NCBI GenBank assembly: GCA_934277545.1
Contig: CAKQUG010000006.1
Location: 5,473 to 69,472, forward strand
Source: an uncultured Alphaproteobacteria bacterium
Lineage (GTDB): Bacteria > Pseudomonadota > Alphaproteobacteria > RF32 > CAG-239
DNA: 64,000 nt
Reading direction: 5' to 3'
In this document: positions 29,090-39,369 of the stretch, piece by piece
How the letters are laid out: every line of letters starts with the position of its first letter
How positions within the stretch are numbered: position 1 is the first letter of the stretch
Translations under genes and position numbers: made by a program
The notes under the pieces: generated by a model
The model's input: only the letters and a program-made list of their open reading frames with translations
Told to the model about the DNA's origin: nothing
Database searches by the model: none

Positions 29090-30391
29090 TTATTCATTTA
29101 TTTTGTTTTGCCAACCCCGTGCCGCCCGGCTTAAATAATCGTCAACCAAAGCCGCGTGAGGAAGGCGTTTATAGCCCAAAACCAAAGATTTGCCGCTGTT
29201 TATCAATTCAGGCAACTCCCAGCTTTTCCGTTCTAAATAACAGCGAGCCAAATCAGCAAATAAACGAGCCTCCATAAATTCGCCGAAATTTGAATATTTA
29301 ATAACCGGTTCGGCGTTAAGCCTTTGTGTAAAGTTTTTAAACAATTTTTTATGCTGCGGCAAAACCGGAATTTTGCCTGATAAAACACCTTCAAAACTCT
29401 GACGGGCCAGCGGATTCTTCCAACCGCCGCCGAACAGTCTGAAATTCTGAGTAATTTCAATATGTTCAGGTGTTGCCGCAACCGCATACGCTGTTAAATA
29501 TCCGGCAAAAAATTCCAATGTATGCAGAACATTGCAAAAAATTTGTTCGTTTTGCGCCGGATTGCCATATTTTTCCTCAATATAAGCAAACAATTTTTCG
29601 GTTTTATAAAAAGCCGGGTCGCCTGATTTCGGCGGTTCTGTTTCATAAAAATTGCGGCAAAGTGCAAACAAATATTCTGCTAATTCAAGCAGCAAAATTC
29701 CTTTTTTTCCCCATTCGGCGTCTTTATCAAAGCCCCTATTTTTGTAACGCAGCACAAAATTATCAATATATTCGTTAAAAGGTCCGGAGTCCCAGCTGAT
29801 TTGCGCCCTGCCGTTTTTTATCCACGCTAAATTTGCAGTATTACCGGCATTGATATAACAACCGTCGCCTTCTTGTTTGGCAATGCGCGCATTGTGCGGA
29901 GCGGCCAACGGCGCCCCCTCAAATCCGTTCATAAGCAATGCCGAACGAAAATCGTTTATCACAGGAATATCAGTCAAATCAGCCAAAAGCTGCGCCGAAC
30001 CCATTTGCGTTGTAAAAGGCTGCGTGCCGTTCAATTTTGCCAATGAAGGCGGATTGTGGTCAAGAGTTTTACCATGAAAACCAATAGCCTGCACACTTTT
30101 TTTATCTATATTGTTCAGTCGGCAAAGCTCATTTACGGCATTGGCAACTCCTTCAACATATTTTTGGTGTATGCGCAAAAATTCTTGGTCTTTTATTAAA
30201 TCCTCAGCCGGAATTTTTTGTCCGACAACCCGCCGGCGCAAATTATCTATTTCACGCTTTTCATCCACACTGTAAGGAATACTCAAACTGCAAATATCTT
30301 TAATATGGCAGTCCGAAAATTCTGTTAAAACCACATCAACAGCATCCATGGAATTGCCGGTCATATTACCGATTATACGCCAATCAGCCAT
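29090..30391 (-). CDS. anmK: anhydro-N-acetylmuramic acid kinase-like protein
   Basis: GNMTGNSMDAVDVVL, GFHGKT, NDFRSALLMNGFEGAPL, DSGPFN, DKDAEWGKKG and PKSG match the AnmK motif order. About 60 aa longer than E. coli AnmK. Confidence 0.7.
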   Translation of the reverse strand: MADWRIIGNMTGNSMDAVDVVLTEFSDCHIKDICSLSIPYSVDEKREIDNLRRRVVGQKIPAEDLIKDQEFLRIHQKYVEGVANAVNELCRLNNIDKKSVQAIGFHGKTLDHNPPSLAKLNGTQPFTTQMGSAQLLADLTDIPVINDFRSALLMNGFEGAPLAAPHNARIAKQEGDGCYINAGNTANLAWIKNGRAQISWDSGPFNEYIDNFVLRYKNRGFDKDAEWGKKGILLLELAEYLFALCRNFYETEPPKSGDPAFYKTEKLFAYIEEKYGNPAQNEQIFCNVLHTLEFFAGYLTAYAVAATPEHIEITQNFRLFGGGWKNPLARQSFEGVLSGKIPVLPQHKKLFKNFTQRLNAEPVIKYSNFGEFMEARLFADLARCYLERKSWELPELINSGKSLVLGYKRLPHAALVDDYLSRAARGWQNKINE

Positions 30392-31184
30392 TGATTTTGT
30401 CTTTCAGCAACAGCGCCGCACCAATCAACCCGGCATTTGCTCCGGTTTGGGCTTTTTTCAAGCACAGCGGATTATGATACCCTTTAGCGTTAACGGCTTT
30501 TTCCACTACCGGATAATCTACGATTTCAGCCAAACTTCCTGACAGCGCCACTGCCTCGATGTCTAATATATTATTCAAAAGAGCCAGGCAATCAATCAAA
30601 CGTTCCTGCCATTCCGCAAAAGTTTTTACGGCTGCCGGATTATGTTCATCTTTTAATTTGCATAAAGCAAAACAATCCTTTTCATTTAAGCCGTTTTGAG
30701 AGGCAATATTTGCTAAATCTCCGCCGGCTATTAAAAACGGCAGTTCGCCGGCAGCACCGGTTTTTCCGCGCAAAATTTTACCGCCGCAGATTATACCGCA
30801 GCCCACGCCTGTTCCCAATGTCAGCATTATTGAGTGTTCCGTTCCTTTCAACACTCCGATTTTATATTCCGCCCACAATGCTGCGTTAGCGTCGTTTTCC
30901 ACTAAAACCGGCTTGTCTGTAAATTTGTGAAAATTGATATTTTCATATCCTGCCGGCAAATTATGCGGTTTAGCCAAAAGTTTTTCATTCCACACTACTC
31001 CGGCTGTGGCAACGGCAACACCGTCAAATTCTTCAACATTCATTCGGTTAATGAAATATTTTTCTATTTCTTCCGCTGTTTTCGGTGTCGGCACACATTC
31101 TATGGGACTAAGCAAATTACCGCAAACAGATACTACTGCCGACGAAATCTTGGTGCCGCCTATATCAAAAGCCAATATTTTCAT
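30384..31184 (-). CDS. ROK family sugar kinase
   Basis: MKILAFDIGGTKIS..., ENDANAALWAE and LGTGVGCGII. Confidence 0.75.
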   Translation of the reverse strand: MKILAFDIGGTKISSAVVSVCGNLLSPIECVPTPKTAEEIEKYFINRMNVEEFDGVAVATAGVVWNEKLLAKPHNLPAGYENINFHKFTDKPVLVENDANAALWAEYKIGVLKGTEHSIMLTLGTGVGCGIICGGKILRGKTGAAGELPFLIAGGDLANIASQNGLNEKDCFALCKLKDEHNPAAVKTFAEWQERLIDCLALLNNILDIEAVALSGSLAEIVDYPVVEKAVNAKGYHNPLCLKKAQTGANAGLIGAALLLKDKING

Positions 31185-31420
31185 TACAACCTCCTTACAC
31201 TGCCTTAAATATATGCCGAGAGTGTAAAAACTTGGTTAGCAAAAATCAAAATTAAAACGGCAATTCCGCAATACCACAGTTTTTACATTTTTTTACAAAC
31301 AGCTTAAATATCACTCCCTCTCAAAATTTTTTAAAATAAGTACTTGCGTTAGGCCAAAAAATATTGTATATAATAATTCTAACTCCTTCCTTATTAAGTT
31401 TATGATAAAAAAAACGACCT

Positions 31421-31446
31421 CCTCCGCTTGGCGGAGGTTTCTTTTT
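31421..31446 (+). terminator. intrinsic terminator inside the crcB 5' leader
   Basis: CCTCCGC-TTG-GCGGAGG (7-bp GC-rich stem) followed by TTTCTTTTT. It abuts the crcB RBS GAGGA (31447-31451). Confidence 0.55.
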
Positions 31447-31459
31447 GAGGAAAAACAAA

Positions 31460-31807
31460 ATGATTAGTTTTTTGGCCGTATTTAGCGGCGGCGGTATCGG
31501 TTCGGTTTTGCGTTGGCTATGCTGCAGCCTTATTCCCTCGCATTGGGGCATAATGTTTGTTAATGTGGTCGGTGCGCTTTTAATCGGCTGCGCCTATTCT
31601 TATTTTGCCAAAAGCAATTTAAGCGCCGAAGCCAAAATGTTTGTAATGACCGGTTTATTGGGCGGATTTACTACCTTTTCCACCTATTTATTAAATTTCA
31701 TCACCTTGCTGAATGAAAATAAAATTGTCGAAGGCTTTGCTTATTTAATTACTTCCGTGCTGGTTGGAAGTTTGTTTTTGCTGGCAGGAATCCGACTGGC
31801 GTCCTAA
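31460..31807 (+). CDS. crcB: fluoride ion channel CrcB/FluC
   Basis: MISFLAVFSGGGIGSVLRW...GLLGGFTTFSTY. 115 aa, 4 TM. Confidence 0.85.
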   Translation: MISFLAVFSGGGIGSVLRWLCCSLIPSHWGIMFVNVVGALLIGCAYSYFAKSNLSAEAKMFVMTGLLGGFTTFSTYLLNFITLLNENKIVEGFAYLITSVLVGSLFLLAGIRLAS

Positions 31808-31888
31808 ACAGCTTTTCGCTTGACTATTTTCACAAATAACTTATATTCAAAAACGATTTTATATAATTTTGTTTAATTTTTTATAATT

Positions 31889-32623
31889 ATGGTTTTAAAG
31901 TATATTACATGTTCCGGCGCCAACGAACATACAAACATTGATGATTTGTTGGCTTTAGTAAAAGAATATCCGATAATGGAAATCGGTATTCAGGTATCAG
32001 AGAAAAAAATTATCGAAAATCCTGCTCGCTTTGATTGGATTACAGCTCTGCATGAAAAAGTGGTAACTTTGAAAATTGCCCCCAACATTGCTCTGCATGT
32101 TAACGGCGATTGGGTGCAGCAATTTGCAAATCGGGCAATAATTCCGGAGTTAGATTATTTTCTAACTCTGAGAAATGGCCTAAAAGATTGTTTTATCAAG
32201 CGCTTGCAAGTCAATTTTTTAATTGGAAACAATCATCGAATTAATTTTGGACGTTTTTGTCAAGCCATGACCGACCACTCTGCTCGTCCGATTGTACTGC
32301 CGTATAACAAACAGAATTCTGCTTTTGTGCACAAACTGCATAGCAAAAGCATTAAGTTCGACTGCTTATATGACAGTTCTCACGGCGAAGGGATTTTACC
32401 GCAACAACTGCAGGCTCCGGTTTTCAAAGATTGCCTACAAGGCTATTCCGGCGGTCTGTCGGCAGATAATGTGGCCGAACAGCTGCAAAAACTGTCACTG
32501 GTAGTTAAGTCCAAACGCGCAATTTATATTGATGCCGAGGGCAAGCTGAAAGGTAATGACGGACATTTGGATTTGCAAAAATGCAAAGCCTATATTGAAA
32601 ACGCGCTGTCAGCCGTAAAGTAA
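31889..32623 (+). CDS. hypothetical protein (possible TIM-barrel, PRAI/TrpF-like C-terminal motifs)
   Basis: LYDSSHGEGI...GYSGGLSADNV...IYIDAEGKLK loosely recalls phosphoribosylanthranilate isomerase-like barrels. Not confident. Confidence 0.3.
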   Translation: MVLKYITCSGANEHTNIDDLLALVKEYPIMEIGIQVSEKKIIENPARFDWITALHEKVVTLKIAPNIALHVNGDWVQQFANRAIIPELDYFLTLRNGLKDCFIKRLQVNFLIGNNHRINFGRFCQAMTDHSARPIVLPYNKQNSAFVHKLHSKSIKFDCLYDSSHGEGILPQQLQAPVFKDCLQGYSGGLSADNVAEQLQKLSLVVKSKRAIYIDAEGKLKGNDGHLDLQKCKAYIENALSAVK

Positions 32624-32626
32624 ACT

Positions 32627-32661
32627 AAAAAATCCGCTTTAGCAATAAAGCGGATTTTTTT
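32627..32661 (+). terminator. intrinsic terminator
   Basis: AAAAATCCGCTTT / AAAGCGGATTTTT stem with T-run. Confidence 0.7.
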
Positions 32662-32822
32662 GCTTAGCGCTCTCAACTTTAGATAAAATTTGCGATATTT
32701 TAAGAGCTATAAATTTTTTTTTATGTTTTACTTTTAATTATTACCATTATGAATAAGCATTTGCTGCTGCATTTTTAAAGACCACTTTAATAGGAATCTT
32801 CAAAAAATCTGAAACAAATATT

Positions 32823-33602
32823 TTAATCCAGCAGCATATATTCTATGCGTTCCGGATAAACATCCATAACCTTAAAGCGAATACCGTTGATTTCCACCAA
32901 GTCTTGGTTTTGCGGAAAAACATAGCGCTGGAAGAAGCCTTCACTGGCGTTAGCATTGCTGTAATCGGTATAAATAAACGCCATATAGCCGTTTTCCAAG
33001 CCGTCATATTTAAGTTCAAACTGCAATTTAGGGTCGCTGACGCTTTCACGGGTTGCTTTCTTTTGTTCAACTCCCAAACCTTTAGGACTGATAACAGACC
33101 GATGACGCGGCATTAAAAGCTGACCGTGATACAAGTGACAGATATAATCTAAAAAATTACCTTGTTCGTCAACCAACAACATATCACCTAAATCATTGCC
33201 GGGAACTACCAAATAATAATTGCCGTTCAGCTTTATTTCACCAATCGGCTCAAACAGTTGGTCTTGATGAATTTGCACATTAAAATTACTGCCGGATATG
33301 CTGCCGTCGGTTTTCGCAACCAATTCCGGTTTAGCAAAATTCTGCACCGTATAGGTTTGAGCGTCAACCATGCGCTGTCCCAAATTTGCCGAAACCACAA
33401 CATTATGTTTATAAATTCTCGTATTCAAAGTTTTGCTGTCGGTTATTTTTTCATCTGACGCGCCGTCATTCGGGTCGTAATAGTTTATTTTCATCAACTT
33501 ATACGGACGCACGTTGTTCAGCCAATAATTATCGTTGTCGCTTTCAAAAACGGTACATGCCGCTAAAAGCATAGAAGAAAGAGTGATAAATATTTTTTTC
33601 AT
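32823..33602 (-). CDS. hypothetical lipoprotein
   Basis: Lipobox MKKIFITLSSMLLAAC. No family recognised. Confidence 0.5.
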   Translation of the reverse strand: MKKIFITLSSMLLAACTVFESDNDNYWLNNVRPYKLMKINYYDPNDGASDEKITDSKTLNTRIYKHNVVVSANLGQRMVDAQTYTVQNFAKPELVAKTDGSISGSNFNVQIHQDQLFEPIGEIKLNGNYYLVVPGNDLGDMLLVDEQGNFLDYICHLYHGQLLMPRHRSVISPKGLGVEQKKATRESVSDPKLQFELKYDGLENGYMAFIYTDYSNANASEGFFQRYVFPQNQDLVEINGIRFKVMDVYPERIEYMLLD

Positions 33603-33690
33603 GATAAGCTCTTTTTAAATGTTTATTTAGTATACTGATTATAAATTTATACCAAAGTTAGTAAAAAAAGTAATAACGAAAGATAAAAAA

Positions 33691-34563
33691 ATGAGTAATA
33701 ATTCAGGAAGCTGCAAAATAGCAAAATTTGAACCGTCAACCGAAGTAAACGAAGAACTGCAAGCATTTGCCGAAGATTTTTTCGAGGTAACATCAATAGA
33801 TTACTGCGATGACGGCAAAGAACAGCTGGTCGGCTATTTGCGCCAAAACGCTAAAGAAGAAGATTTGCAAAAAGCGGCAAAAGAACAAAATATATCCTTG
33901 CCGCCATACAGTTGGGATTTACTGCAAAGCGACGATTGGCTGACCGAAAACGTGATGACTTTCGCTCCATTGGAAGAAGCCGAATTTTTTATTTGCAGCA
34001 TTCATGATGACACAACGCTGCCCCAAGATAAAATCGGGCTGAAAGTTTACGCCGCCACGGCGTTCGGTTCGGAACATCAAACCACCCGCGGCTGTTTGGA
34101 TGCAATTTCAGATATAAATAAACTTTGCCGGCAAAAGCCGAAAAAAGTTTTAGATGTCGGTACCGGTTCGGGAATTTTAGCTTTAGCGGCGGCAAAAATT
34201 TGGAATAATTCTAAAATTGTGGCCGTTGATATTGATGACGAAGCCGTACGCGTAGCACAGCAAAATGCTATAGATAACAGAGTAGAAAAACAAATCAGTG
34301 CAGCTTTGAGCGACGGATATCAATCTGATTTAGTACAAAAAAATGCGCCGTATGACGTAATATTTGCCAACATTCTGGCTCGTCCGCTGATAGCCATGGC
34401 GCCGGATATGGCAAAGAGCTTAAAAAAAGGCGGTTACGCCGTAATTTCCGGCTTTATTGACGACCAAGTGGATTGGGTTGTCGGCGAGCATGAAAAACAA
34501 GGCTTAAAACTCGTAAAATTATATGAAAAAGAAAACTGGCGCGTCGCCTTGCTGGAGAAATAA
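33691..34563 (+). CDS. prmA: ribosomal protein L11 methyltransferase
   Basis: VLDVGTGSGILALAAAK...VAVDIDDEAVRVAQQNA...ANILA. Confidence 0.85.
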   Translation: MSNNSGSCKIAKFEPSTEVNEELQAFAEDFFEVTSIDYCDDGKEQLVGYLRQNAKEEDLQKAAKEQNISLPPYSWDLLQSDDWLTENVMTFAPLEEAEFFICSIHDDTTLPQDKIGLKVYAATAFGSEHQTTRGCLDAISDINKLCRQKPKKVLDVGTGSGILALAAAKIWNNSKIVAVDIDDEAVRVAQQNAIDNRVEKQISAALSDGYQSDLVQKNAPYDVIFANILARPLIAMAPDMAKSLKKGGYAVISGFIDDQVDWVVGEHEKQGLKLVKLYEKENWRVALLEK

Positions 34564-34564
34564 A

Positions 34565-36241
34565 ATGACTTTAGCCGAAATTCAAAACAAATTGAAATTT
34601 CTTAAAATCGACGCCTATATTGTGTCATACGGCAATAAATTTATCGGGCAGGATATTTTACCGAGTGAGCATAAACTAAAGCATTTATGCGGTTTCAGCG
34701 GTTCGGCCGGTATGCTGGCAATAACAAAAAAACAGGCTTTTTTGTTCGTGGACGGACGCTATGAACTGCAGGCGCGGCAGGAAGTTAATTTAAACAAAGT
34801 TACTGCAATAAATAAAGACCCATGTTTTGTAAATGTTTGTTCTTTTTTGCAAGAAGCGGGAGCAGAAGTTGTCGGCTATGACGGAATGTCTGTTTCTTTA
34901 GCAGAAGAAAAAACCGCTGAAGAACTGTTTGAAAGTTTGAATTTAACTGATGTCGGCGATTTAACCGATTTAGATTGCAAAACTCCGATAAAAGTTTTGG
35001 AACGACCGCTGAAATATGCCGGTAAAAGCCGGGAAGAAAAAATAGAGGCTATTACCGCTTTGCTTAAAAAAGATGCTGATTATTATTTGCTGACGGCGGC
35101 GGACAGTGTTTCATGGCTTTTAAATATATACGCCGAAGATTTGCCGTGTTCACCTGTGGTGCGCGCTTATGCCCTGATTGATAAAAAAGGAAAAGCCATT
35201 TTAATCAGCGATAATCTGCAAACAGATTTGCCGGTTTGGACTTTTGACCGCCTTTCAAAATGGCTTGATGATAATGATAATGTAATTTTGTATGATGAAA
35301 GTATAACCCCGGAAAGTTTAATCAGAAAAATTAAAAACGGGCACAATGTTTGCGACGTTTGCCAAATGCTGAAAGCCGAAAAAAATGAAACCGAGTTAAA
35401 AGGCATGATTTCCTGCCATGAACGCGACGGCGTTGCCTTGGTTAAATTGCTTTATTGGCTGAAAAATAATTGGCAAGGTCAAACAGAGTTAGATGTGGTA
35501 AAAAAATTGCATGAATTTAGAAAAAAACAGAATTTGTTTTTTTCCGAGAGTTTTGAAACCATCGCCGGCGCGTCTGAAAACGGGGCTATTGTTCACTATC
35601 AACCGACTCAAAAATCTAACCGCCTGCTGCAAGAAAACAATTTGCTTCTGCTCGACAGCGGCGGCCAATATCTTGACGGCACCACAGATGTAACCCGCAC
35701 CGTGGCTTTGGGCGTTCCAACCCCGGAAATGATACATGATTTCACTTTGGTGCTGAAAGGACACATAGCTTTGGAAAAAGCTCAATTTCCGGCAGATACC
35801 GGGGGAATTCGTTTAGATGTACTGGCGCGCGCACCTTTATGGCGTGAAGGTAAAGACTATAAACACGGAACCGGACACGGCGTCGGCTGCTTCGGCAATG
35901 TGCACGAAGGGCCTAACCGCATTTCAAGCGGCGGCAGCACCTATGGTTTCAAGCCGAATATGATAACTTCCATAGAACCGGGATACTATAAAGAAAACGC
36001 TTACGGAATCCGCATTGAAAATTTGGTTTACACTAAAGAAACCGCATTAAATTCCGGTTTTTTAAAATTTGAACCCCTGACCTTAGTGCCTATTGATAAA
36101 AAGCTGATTGATGTTTATCTACTTGATGAGGGAGAACGGGACTGGCTGAACGATTATCATAAAAAAGTATATGAGCGTTTGGCCGCGTGTGTAAATGATG
36201 ATGAAAAGAAGTGGCTGAAAGAGTCCTGTTCTCCTTTGTGA
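34565..36241 (+). CDS. M24 family Xaa-Pro aminopeptidase
   Basis: Creatinase-like N-terminal domains plus LLDSGGQY.DGTTDVTRT, HGTGHGVG, EPGYY and RIEN metal ligands. The start at MTLAEIQ lies immediately after the prmA stop. Confidence 0.85.
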   Translation: MTLAEIQNKLKFLKIDAYIVSYGNKFIGQDILPSEHKLKHLCGFSGSAGMLAITKKQAFLFVDGRYELQARQEVNLNKVTAINKDPCFVNVCSFLQEAGAEVVGYDGMSVSLAEEKTAEELFESLNLTDVGDLTDLDCKTPIKVLERPLKYAGKSREEKIEAITALLKKDADYYLLTAADSVSWLLNIYAEDLPCSPVVRAYALIDKKGKAILISDNLQTDLPVWTFDRLSKWLDDNDNVILYDESITPESLIRKIKNGHNVCDVCQMLKAEKNETELKGMISCHERDGVALVKLLYWLKNNWQGQTELDVVKKLHEFRKKQNLFFSESFETIAGASENGAIVHYQPTQKSNRLLQENNLLLLDSGGQYLDGTTDVTRTVALGVPTPEMIHDFTLVLKGHIALEKAQFPADTGGIRLDVLARAPLWREGKDYKHGTGHGVGCFGNVHEGPNRISSGGSTYGFKPNMITSIEPGYYKENAYGIRIENLVYTKETALNSGFLKFEPLTLVPIDKKLIDVYLLDEGERDWLNDYHKKVYERLAACVNDDEKKWLKESCSPL

Positions 36242-36265
36242 TTTTGTAAAAGAAAAGGAGGAAAT

Positions 36266-36718
36266 ATGAAAATTTTGCAGGCGGCGGCTTTTTTGTTTTG
36301 TTGTTTATGGTTGGCGCCTGCAAATGCGCAATACATAGATTCTTCGGGCTACACGCCGTATATTAGACAATATGTAGAGGAAAACGAAAATAATTGGAAT
36401 AAATCAATAATTTATGTGTTTTATAATAATACCCCATGTGCGCATTGCGCCGAAGCCATGGGCGAAATTTACAACATCTATCAGCAATACTACAGCAATG
36501 ATTTCAGCTATTTTGAAATAAATTACCAGGAACAGGGCGAATTTGAATTTACAAACGCCTATTTTTTGAACCAGGCACTGTCGATTGTGCTGGTGCGGAT
36601 TAACGACGGCATGAGCCGCGGTTACTATAAAATAGACAATCCGCAGCAATGGTGGGGAGATGAGCTGTTTTTTAAGGAACAAATAACCACGGCGATAAAT
36701 AACTTTTTACTGAATTAA
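36266..36718 (+). CDS. secreted thioredoxin-like protein (CxxC)
   Basis: Signal peptide. YVFYNNTPCAHCAEAM resembles a thioredoxin-fold CxxC context. Confidence 0.4.
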   Translation: MKILQAAAFLFCCLWLAPANAQYIDSSGYTPYIRQYVEENENNWNKSIIYVFYNNTPCAHCAEAMGEIYNIYQQYYSNDFSYFEINYQEQGEFEFTNAYFLNQALSIVLVRINDGMSRGYYKIDNPQQWWGDELFFKEQITTAINNFLLN

Positions 36719-36787
36719 AATTTTATCTAAAAATTTACTAATTTGGTCTAAACTGCTTTTTATGTAATTGAAAACAGTTAGGGCAAA

Positions 36788-37615
36788 ATGAACAGTCTGA
36801 TTAAACATATTTCGCGTATCCGCGATGAATTTGACACCGTTATCTGCGGTGTTAACGGCGTGTTTACGGACGGTCAAAAAGTTTTTCCCGAAAGTGTCGA
36901 CGCCCTGACCAAACTTTATCAAAGCGGCAAAAAAATCGCCTTAGCCTCTAACAGCGGCCTGCGGGTGCAAAATTTATTTTGGCACTTAAAACGCTGCGGC
37001 ATGCCCATGAATATTTTTTATGCTTTGATTACTGCCGGAGAAATTGCCCATTATTATTTTAAGCGGCAAAAAAACGCCGGCAGCACCTATTATTCTTTGG
37101 TTTCGGAAAATTGCTGCGCTTTAAATGAATTGGACTATGAAAAAGTTGACAGCGTGCTGATGGCAGATTTTTTGATAGCCGAGCAATCGGAAAAAGGGGC
37201 CGAAATCGCTGAACTTATGCCGACTTTGGAACAAGCTGCCGGCTTGAATTTGCCATTACTTTGCATAGGAAACGATACTTCGGTGCTGACACCGCAAGCC
37301 GTAAAAACGGCAGCGGGCGCGGTTGCCGAACAATATGCCATGATTGGCGGCAAAATAATATCATTCGGCAAACCTGATTTACGCATTGCTGCATATTTAA
37401 CCGAAAATTTGCCGAATTTTGACGTTTCCCGCTGTTTGTTTATCGGCGACAATATGGCAACCGATATGCGTTTGGGAAATAATTTCGGCGGTAAAAATTT
37501 GCTGATAACCTCCGGCATCCACCAACTGAGCGGCGATTTAATTAAACAAACGGATGAACTTTCCACCGGTTTTGGGCTGAATGTTGACTATTGCATGGAG
37601 AAACTGCAATGGTGA
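36788..37615 (+). CDS. HAD superfamily subfamily IIA (TIGR01459-like) protein, nucleophile Asp apparently absent
   Basis: LASNS (motif II) and FIGDNMATDM (motif IV) are present. Motif I reads ICGVNGVFTDG where relatives, as I recall them, have xxDxWGVxHNG. Confidence 0.65.
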   Translation: MNSLIKHISRIRDEFDTVICGVNGVFTDGQKVFPESVDALTKLYQSGKKIALASNSGLRVQNLFWHLKRCGMPMNIFYALITAGEIAHYYFKRQKNAGSTYYSLVSENCCALNELDYEKVDSVLMADFLIAEQSEKGAEIAELMPTLEQAAGLNLPLLCIGNDTSVLTPQAVKTAAGAVAEQYAMIGGKIISFGKPDLRIAAYLTENLPNFDVSRCLFIGDNMATDMRLGNNFGGKNLLITSGIHQLSGDLIKQTDELSTGFGLNVDYCMEKLQW

Positions 37616-38142
37616 TGTCGTTTTGGAAACGCTTGGCTTGGCTGACAATCGGAATAATTCTGATTTTGTATGTGGCAAAATGCCAGGTAACCGAAACCGT
37701 TTGGAAACAGGCAAATCGGGAAATTTCGGCAAAACAGCAAGATTATACGACAGAAATTACCGAGGCGGAATTGAATGATTTTATTAAATTATTTCCGCAA
37801 TATAAAGAACTCGGTTTTGATGACGGGCTTACGGTTTCATATCAGGTGGCGCGTCCGTCTAAATGGCTGGGCTGGAAAAGCAAAATCTGGTTTGTTTACC
37901 ATCAATGGGACGCCGACCGCTTTTTTTATGTGCAGCAGCGCATAGCGGCTTTACTGTTTACATTGAGTATCCGCCGCAACGCCAAAGCCTTAATCAAGCA
38001 GCTGGCAGCCTGGCCGGAATCTTCGGCGGTGCAGCAAATGCTGGAATTGCAAAAACAGCGCAGCGAAGCCGGCGAAGGCGGTGTAACCGAGCTGCAGCTG
38101 ATTGAGCAGAAAGAAGAAATTTTGAAAAAATTATTTAAGTGA
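37609..38142 (+). CDS. hypothetical membrane-anchored protein
   Basis: One N-terminal TM (WLTIGIILILYVA). The start overlaps the HAD stop. No family recognised. Confidence 0.4.
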   Translation: MVMSFWKRLAWLTIGIILILYVAKCQVTETVWKQANREISAKQQDYTTEITEAELNDFIKLFPQYKELGFDDGLTVSYQVARPSKWLGWKSKIWFVYHQWDADRFFYVQQRIAALLFTLSIRRNAKALIKQLAAWPESSAVQQMLELQKQRSEAGEGGVTELQLIEQKEEILKKLFK

Positions 38143-38266
38143 TGTATTCGGCCAAGTCTTTTTTGTAAAAATTTTACAAAAAAAATCGTCGTGTGCTTAT
38201 TTTTTATTTTTCTTATTAAGAAAATTATAACTTTATCGGATAATAATGGATTTAACACGAAAATGA

Positions 38267-39367
<1,101 letters not shown>

Positions 39368-39369
39368 AA

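Noticed and set aside
31381-31446. Canonical fluoride (crcB motif) riboswitch upstream of crcB
   Set aside because: The leader lacks the conserved G-rich P1 element (GGnGAUG...CnCC) and the GCUGAUGnnnCCUnC 3' element. The first ~30 nt contain almost no G. Only the attenuator layout is reported as a finding.
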